From Pelagomonas calceolata (Eukaryota), in the NCBI GenBank assembly GCA_918797485.1, contig CAKKNE010000001.1:2604001-2668000 (forward strand): a DNA stretch of 64,000 nucleotides, read 5' to 3'. The notes below the pieces were generated by a model. That model saw nothing but the letters and a program-made list of their open reading frames with translations, was not told the origin of the DNA and made no database searches. Both the position numbers and the translations under genes were made by a program. Below, in pieces: positions 34,301 to 46,300 of the stretch (the stretch's first letter is position 1; each line of letters starts with the position of its first letter).

Positions 34301-37300
34301 CGCTGCCGACGGCGAGGCTGATCGCGCCGCCGCGCCCGGCGGTCGCGGCCCCCGTGCCGATCTCGATCGCGCCGCTGTTGCCTGTCTTGAGGTGCCGGTG
34401 CTGAAGACCAGCGTCCCGCTCGCGCCGCTCGCGCCGGCGTTTGCCGTGGCCAGCCTGACCGCCCCGCTCGACGTCTGCGTGCCCTCTCCGCCGCGGAGGG
34501 CGACCGCGCCGCCCGTCGCGACCGTGCTTCGTCCGCTGATTGCCTCGAGAGCGCCGCCGGCGCCGCTCGTGCCGCCGCCGACGCCCACCACAACGCCGCC
34601 GCCGCGGCCCGCGGTGGCGGCCCCGGAGCCGAGCCGGAGCTCGCCAGAGTTGCCCGTCGTCGAGGAGCCGGAGCTAAAGCTCAGTCGTCCGCTCGTGCCG
34701 CCCGTTCCGCCGTTGGCGCTCCGCACCGCGACCCGTCCGCCACTCGTCGCCGCGCCCTCGCCCGACGCGACCGCCAGCGCGCCGCCCGTCTTCCCGGCGC
34801 TCCGTCCGCCGGCCGCGCTCAGGGCGCCGCCGGCGCCGCTCGTGCCGCTGCCGACCGAGATCGAGACCCCGCCGCCCCGCCCGGCGGTCGCGGCCCCGGT
34901 CCCGACGCGGATCGCGCCCGTGTTTCCGCCGCGGGCCGACCCGGAGCTGAAGACCAGCACGCCGCTCGCGCCGCTCGCGCCGGAGTTTGGCGTCGAGATC
35001 GCGACCGCTCCGCTGCTCGTCTGCGTGCCTTCGCCGCTCGTCGCCGAGACCGACCCGCCCGTCGCGATCGTGCTTCTCCCCGCGGCCACCGCCAGCTCCC
35101 CGCCGGCGCCGCTCGTGCCGCTGCCGACCGCCAGCCGGACGGAGCCGCCGCGGCCGGCCGTCGCCGCGCCGGACCCGACCAGCACGGCCCGCCGTTGCCC
35201 GCCTTCGACGTCCCGCTGCTGAAGGCGAGCCGCCCGCTCGCGCCCGAGGTTCCCGCGTTCGCCGTCGCCACCACGACCGCGCCGCTGCTCTTCGCCGAGC
35301 CGGCGCCGCCGCGGACGCTCAGCGCCCCGCCCGTGGCGCCGCTCGAGGAGCCCGACTCCATCGCGAGCTCGCCGCCCGCGCCGCTCGTGCCGCTGCCGAC
35401 GGCGAGGCTGATCGCGCCGCCGCGCCCGGCGGTCGCGGCCCCCGTGCCGATCTCGATCGCGCCGCTGTTGCCTGTCTTGGAGGTGCCGGTGCTGAAGACC
35501 AGCGTCCCGCTCGCGCCGCTCGCGCCGGCGTTTGCCGTGGCCAGCCTGACCGCCCCGCTCGACGTCTGCGTGCCCTCTCCGCCGCGGAGGGCGACCGCGC
35601 CGCCCGTCGCGACCGTGCTTCGTCCGCTGATTGCCTCGAGAGCGCCGCCGGCGCCGCTCGTGCCGCCGCCGACGCCCACCACAACGCCGCCGCCGCGGCC
35701 CGCGGTGCTCGCGCCGCTCCCGACGCAGATGGCGCCGGAGTTGCCGCCCCTGCTCGACCCGGAGCTAAACACGAGCCGACCGCTCGTCCCAGCGCCGCCG
35801 CCGTTTGCCGACGCCACGCTGACGGACCCGCTGCTCGTCTGCGTGCCCTCGCCGCTGCCGACCACCACGGCGCCGCCGCTCGCTGCCGTCGTGGCGCCGC
35901 CCTGCACCAGCACCATACCTCCGGATCCGCTCGTCCCGCTCCCCGCGCTCGCGACGACCGCGCCGCCGCGACCGCCGGTCGCCGCGCCCGAGCCAATCAA
36001 GATGGACCCGCTATTCCCCGCGTTCGCCGTCCCGGAGCTAAACGCCAGCAGCCCGCTCGAGCCCGATGCCCCTCCGTTTGCGCTTCCAACGCGCACCGCG
36101 CCGCTGCTCGTCTGCGTGCCCTCGCCGCTGGTCGCGACGAGCGTCCCGCCGGTCGCCGCGGTGCTCCGACCCGCGGCTGCGCTCAGCCTGCCGCCGGATC
36201 CGCTCGTCCCGCTCCCCGCGCTCACGACGACCGCGCCGCCGCGACCGCCGGTCGCTGCGCCGCTGCCGAGCAGCACCGCGCCGCTGTTTCCGCCGGCCGC
36301 GCTTCCCGAGCTAAACACGAGACGCCCGCTAGCCCCCGCCGACCCGCCATTGCTCGATTGGATCGCACAAGCGCCGCTGCTTGTTGCGGTGCCTTCGCCG
36401 CTCTTGATACGGACGGCGCCGCCACTCGCGACGGTGCTGCGACCGGATGCCATCGAGGCCGCACCCCCAGATCCGCTCGTCCCGCTTCCGACCGACATCA
36501 CAATGGCACCAGCACGTCCCCCAGTGGCCGCGCCCGTGCCCACGGTCAGACTCCCACTGTTCCCAGATACCGCAGACCCAGAACTAAACGCGACCGCTCG
36601 CGCCCGACGTTCCGCCATTCGCAGAGCCGACGACAACAGCGCCGCTGCTCGTCGCGGTGCCCTCCCCGGCCGCGAACGTGACGCTCCCGCCGGTCCTCGA
36701 CGTGCTGCGGCCAGCTCCAAAATACGCAGCGCCGCCAGATCCGCTCGTCCCGCTGCCCGCGCTGACGCTCACCGCCCCACCGCGACCGCCAGACGCCGCT
36801 CCGGAGCCGATCGAGATACCGCCGCCGTTCCCACTCTTGGCCGAGCCCGAGCTGAACGCCAGCAGCCCGCTCGCGCGGACGCACCGCCGTTGGCACTCGC
36901 GACGACCACCGCGCCCGAGCTCTTCTCCGTCGTCCTTCGCCAGCGCAGACCGCAACGTGACCTCCGTCGCCGCCGCGCTTCTGCCGGACGCAAACGACAA
37001 CGCCCCACCGGCGCTGCTCGTCCCGCTGCCGACCGCGACGCCACGTCGCCGCCCCCGCCCGCTTCGTCGCCGGCCCGGACCCTATCGTGACGGTCCGCTG
37101 TTGCCCGCCGACGAGCTTCCGGAGCTGAACGCCAGGCGGCCGCTCGCTCCCGACGCACCGCCGTTCGCGGCGCGGACGGCGACGATTCCGCTGCTCGTCT
37201 GCGTGCCCTCTCGGATGCGACGCCGGGTCCCGCCAGTCGCGACAGTACTGCGCCCAGACTGGAGACTCAATGCGCCACCGGCGCCGCTCGTTCCGCTTCC

Positions 37301-40300
37301 CGCGCTGATCCCAACGCCACCAGATCGGCCCGCCGTCGCGGCGCCAGATCCAACTAGAAGCAGCCCGCTGTTCCCCCCCTTAGACGAGCCGGAGCTGAAC
37401 GCCAGCTGACCGCTCGCGCCCGCCGCGCCGCCGTTCGCCGTACGAATCAATATCGCCCCGCCGCTCTTCTGCGTGCCCTCGCCACTTTCCGCCGACAGGC
37501 ACCCCCCACTCGCGCCGGCGCTGCGCCCAGAGGCCAGCGACACCAGGCCACCGGATCCGCTCGTGCCGCTTCCGACGCGCACGCGCACCGCGCCCCGCTT
37601 CCGCCGGTCGAGGCTCCAGATCCGAGGTCCAGCGCGCCGCTGTTTCCATCCGCCGACGAGCCGGGCTGAACGCGAGCCGTCCGCTCGAGCCGACGACGCC
37701 GCCGTTCGCGGACCGCAGCGAGATTCCGCCGCTGCTCGACGCCGTGCCCTCCCCTCCGGCTATAGCCGCGGTCCCTCCGGACGCCGGCGTGCTACGACCA
37801 GACTGAGGCGCACCGAGCCGCCAGTGCCGCTCGTCCCGCTCCCCGCGCTCACGACGACCGCGCCGCCGCGACCGCCGGTCGCCGCGCCGCTGCCGAGCAG
37901 CACCGCGCCGCTGTTGCCTCCCGAGGCAGACCGGAGCTAAATGCCAACGAGCCGCTCGACCCAGAGACGCCAGAGTTGCTTGTCTGGATAACCACGCCGC
38001 CGCTGCTCGTTTGCGTACCTTCGCCGCCGCCGACCACCACGGCGCCGCCCGTCTTTGCCGTGCTTCGCCCGCCGGCGAGACTCATCGCGCCGCCCGGCGC
38101 CGCTCGTCCGCTGCCGACGCTCAGCACAACGCCGCCGCCGCGGCCCGCGGTGCTCGCGCCGCTCCCGACGCAGATGGCGCCGGAGTTGCCGCCCCTGCTC
38201 GACCCGGAGCTAAACACGAGCCGACCGCTCGTCCCAGCGCCGCCGCCGTTTGCCGACGCCACGCTGACGGACCCGCTGCTCGTCTGCGTGCCCTCGCCGC
38301 TGCCGACCACCACGGCGCCGCCGCTCGCTGCCGTCGTGGCGCCGCCCTGCACCAGCACCATACCTCCGGATCCGCTCGTCCCGCTCCCCGCGCTCACGAC
38401 GACCGCGCCGCCGCGACCGCCGGTCGCCGCGCCCGAGCCAATCAAGATGGACCCGCTATTCCCCGCGTTCGCCGTCCCGGAGCTAAACGCCAGCAGCCCG
38501 CTCGAGCCCGATGCCCCTCCGTTTGCGCTTCCAACGCGCACCGCGCCGCTGCTCGTCTGCGTGCCCTCGCCGCTGGTTGCGACGAGCGTCCCGCCGGTCG
38601 CCGCGGTGCTCCGACCCGCGGCTGCGCTCAGCCTGCCGCCGGATCCGCTCGTCCCGCTCCCCGCGCTCACGACGACCGCGCCGCCGCGACCGCCGGTCGC
38701 CGCGCCGCTGCCGAGCAGCACCGCGCCGCTGTTGCCTCCCGAGGCAGACCCGGAGCTAAATGCCAACGAGCCGCTCGACCCAGAGACGCCAGAGTTGCTT
38801 GTCTGGATAACCACGCCGCCGCTGCTCGTTTGCGTACCTTCGCCGCCGCCGACCACCACGGCACCGCCCGTCTTTGCCGTGCTTCGCCCGCCGGCGAGAC
38901 TCATCGCGCCGCCGGCGCCGCTCGTCCCGCTGCCGACGCTCAGCACAACGCCGCCGCCGCGGCCCGCGGTGCTCGCGCCGCTCCCGACGCAGATGGCGCC
39001 GGAGTTGCCGCCCCTGCTCGACCCGGAGCTAAACACGAGCCGACCGCTCGTCCCAGCGCCGCCGCCGTTTGCCGACGCCACGCTGACGGACCCGCTGCTC
39101 GTCTGCGTGCCCTCGCCGCTGCCGACCACCACGGCGCCGCCGCTCGCTGCCGTCGTGGCGCCGCCCTGCACCAGCACCATACCTCCGGATCCGCTCGTCC
39201 CGCTCCCCGCGCTCGCGACGACCGCGCCGCCGCGACCGCCGGTCGCCGCGCCCGAGCCAATCAAGATGGACCCGCTATTCCCCGCGTTCGCCGTCCCGGA
39301 GCTAAACGCCAGCAGCCCGCTCGAGCCCGATGCCCCTCCGTTTGCGCTTCCAACGCGCACCGCGCCGCTGCTCGTCTGCGTGCCCTCGCCGCTGGTCGCG
39401 ACGAGCGTCCCGCCGGTCGCCGCGGTGCTCCGACCCGCGGCTGCGCTCAGCCTGCCGCCGGATCCGCTCGTCCCGCTCCCCGCGCTCACGACGACCGCGC
39501 CGCCGCGACCGCCGGTCGCTGCGCCGCTGCCGAGCAGCACCGCGCCGCTGTTTCCGCCGGCCGCGCTTCCCGAGCTAAACACGAGACGCCCGCTAGCCCC
39601 CGCCGACCCGCCATTGCTCGATCGGATCGCACAAGCGCCGCTGCTTGTTGCGGTGCCTTCGCCGCTCTTGATACGGACGGCGCCGCCACTCGCGACGGTG
39701 CTGCGACCGGATGCCATCGAGGCCGCACCCCCAGATCCGCTCGTCCCGCTTCCGACCGACATCACAATGGCACCAGCACGTCCCCCAGTGGCCGCGCCCG
39801 TGCCCACGGTCAGACTCCCACTGTTCCCAGATACCGCAGACCCAGAACTAAACGCGAGCGACCCGCTCGCGCCCGACGTTCCGCCATTCGCAGAGCCGAC
39901 GACAACAGCGCCGCTGCTCGTCGCGGTGCCCTCCCCGGCCGCGAACGTGACGCTCCCGCCGGTCCTCGACGTGCTGCGGCCAGCTCCAAAATACGCAGCG
40001 CCGCCAGATCCGCTCGTCCCGCTGCCCGCGCTGACGCTCACCGCCCCACCGCGACCGCCAGACGCCGCTCCGGAGCCGATCGAGATACCGCCGCCGTTCC
40101 CACTCTTGGCCGAGCCCGAGCTGAACGCCAGCAGCCCGCTCGCGCCGGACGCACCGCCGTTGGCACTCGCGGCGACCACGCGCCCGAGCTCTTCTCCGTC
40201 CCTTCGCCAGCGCAGACCGCAACGTGACCTCCGTCGCCGCCGCGCTTCTGCCGGACGCAAACGACAACGCCCCACCGGCGCTGCTCGTCCCGCTGCCGAC

Positions 40301-43300
40301 CGCGCGCTCACGCCGCCGCCCCGCCCGCTCGTCGCCGGCCCGGACCCTATCGTGACGGTCCCGCTGTTGCCCGCCGACGAGCTTCCGGAGCTGAACGCCA
40401 GGCGGCCGCTCGCTCCCGACGCACCGCCGTTCGCGGCGCGGACGGCGACGATTCCGCTGCTCGTCTGCGTGCCCTCTCCGGATGCGACGCGCCAGTCGCC
40501 GCCAGTCGCGACAGTACTGCGCCCAGACTGGAGACTCAATGCGCCACCGGCGCCGCTCGTTCCGCTTCCCGCGCTGATCCCAACGCCACCAGATCGGCCC
40601 GCCGTCGCGGCGCCAGATCCAACTAGAAGCAGCCCGCTGTTCCCCCCCTTAGACGAGCCGGAGCTGAACGCCAGCTGACCGCTCGCGCCCGCCGCGCCGC
40701 CGTTCGCCGTACGAATCAATATCGCCCCGCCGCTCTTCTGCGTGCCCTCGCCACTTTCCGCCGACAGGCACCCCCCACTCGCGCCGGCGCTGCGCCCAGA
40801 GGCCAGCGACACCAGGCCACCGGATCCGCTCGTGCCGCTTCCGACGCGCACGCGCACCGCGCCCCCGCTTCCGCCGGTCGAGGCTCCAGATCCGAGGTCC
40901 AGCGCGCCGCTGTTTCCATCCGCCCGACGAGCCGGGCTGAACGCGAGCCGTCCGCTCGAGCCGACGACGCCGCCGTTCGCGGACCGCAGCGAGATTCCGC
41001 CGCTGCTCGACGCCGTGCCCTCCCCTCCGGCTATAGCCGCGGTCCCTCCGGACGCCGACGTGCTACGACCAGACTGGAGGCGCACCGAGCCGCCAGTGCC
41101 GCTCGTCCCGCTCCCCGCGCTCACGACGACCGCGCCGCCGCGACCGCCGGTCGCCGCGCCGCTGCCGAGCAGCACCGCGCCGCTGTTGCCTCCCGAGGCA
41201 GACCCGGAGCTAAATGCCAACGAGCCGCTCGACCCAGAGACGCCAGAGTTGCTTGTCTGGATAACCACGCCGCCGCTGCTCGTTTGCGTACCTTCGCCGC
41301 CGCCGACCACCACGGCGCCGCCCGTCTTTGCCGTGCTTCGCCCGCCGGCGAGACTCATCGCGCCGCCGGCGCCGCTCGTCCCGCTGCCGACGCTCAGCAC
41401 AACGCCGCCGCCGCGGCCCGCGGTGCTCGCGCCGCTCCCGACGCAGATGGCGCCGGAGTTGCCGCCCCTGCTCGACCCGGAGCTAAACACGAGCCGACCG
41501 CTCGTCCCAGCGCCGCCGCCGTTTGCCGACGCCACGCTGACGGACCCGCTGCTCGTCTGCGTGCCCTCGCCGCTGCCGACCACCACGGCGCCGCCGCTCG
41601 CTGCCGTCGTGGCGCCGCCCTGCACCAGCACCATACCTCCGGATCCGCTCGTCCCGCTCCCCGCGCTCGCGACGACCGCGCCGCCGCGACCGCCGGTCGC
41701 CGCGCCCGAGCCAATCAAGATGGACCCGCTATTCCCCGCGTTCGCCGTCCCGGAGCTAAACGCCAGCAGCCCGCTCGAGCCCGATGCCCCTCCGTTTGCG
41801 CTTCCAACGCGCACCGCGCCGCTGCTCGTCTGCGTGCCCTCGCCGCTGGTCGCGACGAGCGTCCCGCCGGTCGCCGCGGTGCTCCGACCCGCGGCTGCGC
41901 TCAGCCTGCCGCCGGATCCGCTCGTCCCGCTCCCCGCGCTCACGACGACCGCGCCGCCGCGACCGCCGGTCGCTGCGCCGCTGCCGAGCAGCACCGCGCC
42001 GCTGTTTCCGCCGGCCGCGCTTCCCGAGCTAAACACGAGACGCCCGCTAGCCCCCGCCGACCCGCCATTGCTCGATCGGATCGCACAAGCGCCGCTGCTT
42101 GTTGCGGTGCCTTCGCCGCTCTTGATACGGACGGCGCCGCCACTCGCGACGGTGCTGCGACCGGATGCCATCGAGGCCGCACCCCAGATCCGCTCGTCCG
42201 CTTCCGACCGACATCACAATGGCACCAGCACGTCCCCAGTGGCCGCGCCCGTGCCCACGGTCAGACTCCCACTGTTCCCAGATACCGCAGACCCAGAACT
42301 AAACGCGAGCGACCCGCTCGCGCCCGACGTTCCGCCATTCGCAGAGCCGACGACAACAGCGCCGCTGCTCGTCGCGGTGCCCTCCCCGGCCGCGAACGTG
42401 ACGCTCCCGCCGGTCCTCGACGTGCTGCGGCCAGCTCCAAAATACGCAGCGCCGCCAGATCCGCTCGTCCCGCTGCCCGCGCTGACGCTCACCGCCCCAC
42501 CGCGACCGCCAGACGCCGCTCCGGAGCCGATCGAGATACCGCCGCCGTTCCCACTCTTGGCCGAGCCCGAGCTGAACGCCAGCAGCCCGCTCGCGCCGGA
42601 CGCACCGCCGTTGGCACTCGCGACGACCACCGCGCCCGAGCTCTTCTCCGTCCCTTCGCCAGCGCAGACCGCAACGTGACCTCCCGTCGCCGCCGCGCTT
42701 CTGCCGGACGCAAACGACAACGCCCCACCGGCGCTGCTCGTCCCGCTGCCGACCGCGACGCTCACGTCGCCGCCCCGCCCGCTCGTCGCCGGCCCGGACC
42801 CTATCGTGACGGTCCCGCTGTTGCCCGCCGACGAGCTTCCGGAGCTGAACGCCAGGCGGCCGCTCGCTCCCGACGCACCGCCGTTCGCGGCGCGGACGGC
42901 GACGATTCCGCTGCTCGTCTGCGTGCCCTCTCCGGATGCGACGCCGAGTCCTCCGCCAGTCGCGACAGTACTGCGCCCAGACTGGAGACTCAATGCGCCA
43001 CCGGCGCCGCTCGTTCCGCTTCCCGCGCTGATCCCAACGCCACCAGATCGGCCCGCCGTCGCGGCGCCAGATCCAACTAGAAGCAGCCCGCTGTTCCCCC
43101 CCTTAGACGAGCCGGAGCTGAACGCCAGCTGACCGCTCGCGCCCGCCGCGCCGCCGTTCGCCGTACGAATCAATATCGCCCCGCCGCTCTTCTGCGTGCC
43201 CTCGCCACTTTCCGCCGACAGGCACCCCCCACTCGCGCCGGCGCTGCGCCCAGAGGCCAGCGACACCAGGCCACCGGATCCGCTCGTGCCGCTTCCGACG

Positions 43301-46300
43301 CGCACGCGCACCGCGCCCCCGCTTCCGCCGGTCGAGGCTCCAGATCCGAGGTCCAGCGCGCCGCTGTTTCCATCCGCCGACGAGCCGGAGCTGAACGCGA
43401 GCCGTCCGCTCGAGCCGACGACGCCGCCGTTCGCGGACCGCAGCGAGATTCCGCCGCTGCTCGACGCCGTGCCCTCCCCTCCGGCTATAGCCGCGGTCCC
43501 TCCGGACGCCGACGTGCTACGACCAGACTGGAGGCGCACCGAGCCGCCAGTGCCGCTCGTCCCGCTCCCCGCGCTCACGACGACCGCGCCGCCGCGACCG
43601 CCGGTCGCCGCGCCGCTGCCGAGCAGCACCGCGCCGCTGTTGCCTCCCGAGGCAGACCCGGAGCTAAATGCCAACGAGCCGCTCGACCCAGAGACGCCAG
43701 AGTTGCTTGTCTGGATAACCACGCCGCCGCTGCTCGTTTGCGTACCTTCGCCGCCGCCGACCACCACGGCGCCGCCCGTCTTTGCCGTGCTTCGCCCGCC
43801 GGCGAGACTCATCGCGCCGCCGGCGCCGCTCGTCCCGCTGCCGACGCTCAGCACAACGCCGCCGCCGCGGCCCGCGGTGCTCGCGCCGCTCCCGACGCAG
43901 ATGGCGCCGGAGTTGCCGCCCCTGCTCGACCCGGAGCTAAACACGAGCCGACCGCTCGTCCCAGCGCCGCCGCCGTTTGCCGACGCCACGCTGACGGACC
44001 CGCTGCTCGTCTGCGTGCCCTCGCCGCTGCCGACCACCACGGCGCCGCCGCTCGCTGCCGTCGTGGCGCCGCCCTGCACCAGCACCATACCTCCGGATCC
44101 GCTCGTCCCGCTCCCCGCGCTCGCGACGACCGCGCCGCCGCGACCGCCGGTCGCCGCGCCCGAGCCAATCAAGATGGACCCGCTATTCCCCGCGTTCGCC
44201 GTCCCGGAGCTAAACGCCAGCAGCCCGCTCGAGCCCGATGCCCCTCCGTTTGCGCTTCCAACGCGCACCGCGCCGCTGCTCGTCTGCGTGCCCTCGCCGC
44301 TGGTCGCGACGAGCGTCCCGCCGGTCGCCGCGGTGCTCCGACCCGCGGCTGCGCTCAGCCTGCCGCCGGATCCGCTCGTCCCGCTCCCCGCGCTCACGAC
44401 GACCGCGCCGCCGCGACCGCCGGTCGCTGCGCCGCTGCCGAGCAGCACCGCGCCGCTGTTTCCGCCGGCCGCGCTTCCCGAGCTAAACACGAGACGCCCG
44501 CTAGCCCCCGCCGACCCGCCATTGCTCGATCGGATCGCACAAGCGCCGCTGCTTGTTGCGGTGCCTTCGCCGCTCTTGATACGGACGGCGCCGCCACTCG
44601 CGACGGTGCTGCGACCGGATGCCATCGAGGCCGCACCCCCAGATCCGCTCGTCCCGCTTCCGACCGACATCACAATGGCACCAGCACGTCCCCCAGTGGC
44701 CGCGCCCGTGCCCACGGTCAGACTCCCACTGTTCCCAGATACCGCAGACCCAGAACTAACGCGAGCGACCGCTCGCGCCCGACGTTCCGCCATTCGCAGA
44801 GCCGACGACAACAGCGCCGCTGCTCGTCGCGGTGCCCTCCCCGGCCGCGAACGTGACGCTCCCGCCGGTCCTCGACGTGCTGCGGCCAGCTCCAAAATAC
44901 GCAGCGCCGCCAGATCCGCTCGTCCCGCTGCCCGCGCTGACGCTCACCGCCCCACCGCGACCGCCAGACGCCGCTCCGGAGCCGATCGAGATACCGCCGC
45001 CGTTCCCACTCTTGGCCGAGCCCGAGCTGAACGCCAGCAGCCCGCTCGCGCCGGACGCACGCGCCGTTGGCACTCGCGGACGACCACCGCGCCCGAGCTC
45101 TTCTCCGTCCCTTCGCCAGCGCAGACCGCAACGTGACCTCCGTCGCCGCCGCGCTTCTGCCGGACGCAAACGACAACGCCCCACCGGCGCTGCTCGTCCC
45201 GCTGCCGACCGCGACGCTCACGTCGCCGCCCGCCCGCTCGTCGCCGGCCCGGACCCTATCGTGACGGTCCCGCTGTTGCCCGCCGACGAGCTTCCGGAGC
45301 TGAACGCCAGGCGGCCGCTCGCTCCCGACGCGCCGCCGTTCGCGGCGCGGACGGCGACGATTCCGCTGCTCGTCTGCGTGCCTCTCCGGATGCGACGCCG
45401 GGTCCTCCGCCAGTCGCGACAGTACTGCGCCCAGACTGGAGACTCAATGCGCCACCGGCGCCGCTCGTTCCGCTTCCCCGCTGATCCCAACGCCACCAGA
45501 TCGGCCCGCCGTCGCGGCGCCAGATCCAACTAGAAGCAGCCCGCTGTTCCCCCCCTTAGACGAGCCGGAGCTGAACGCCAGCTGACCGCTCGCGCCCGCC
45601 GCGCCGCCGTTCGCCGTACGAATCAATATCGCCCCGCCGCTCTTCTGCGTGCCCTCGCCACTTTCCGCCGACAGGCACCCCACTCGCGCCCGGCGCTGCG
45701 CCCAGAGGCCAGCGACACCAGGCCACCGGATCCGCTCGTGCCGCTTCCGACGCGCACGCGCACCGCGCCCCGCTTCCGCCGGTCGAGGCTCCAGATCCGA
45801 GGTCCAGCGCGCCGCTGTTTCCATCCGCCGACGAGCCGGAGCTGAACGCGAGCCGTCCGCTCGAGCCGACGACGCCGCCGTTCGCGGACCGCAGCGAGAT
45901 TCCGCCGCTGCTCGACGCCGTGCCCTCCCCTCCGGCTATAGCCGCGGTCCCTCCGGACGCCGACGTGCTACGACCAGACTGGAGGCGCACCGAGCCGCCA
46001 GTGCCGCTCGTCCCGCTCCCCGCGCTCACGACGACCGCGCCGCCGCGACCGCCGGTCGCCGCGCCGCTGCCGAGCAGCACCGCGCCGCTGTTGCCTCCCG
46101 AGGCAGACCCGGAGCTAAATGCCAACGAGCCGCTCGACCCAGAGACGCCAGAGTTGCTTGTCTGGATAACCACGCCGCCGCTGCTCGTTTGCGTACCTTC
46201 GCCGCCGCCGACCACCACGGCGCCGCCCGTCTTTGCCGTGCTTCGCCCGCCGGCGAGACTCATCGCGCCGCCGGCGCCGCTCGTCCCGCTGCCGACGCTC

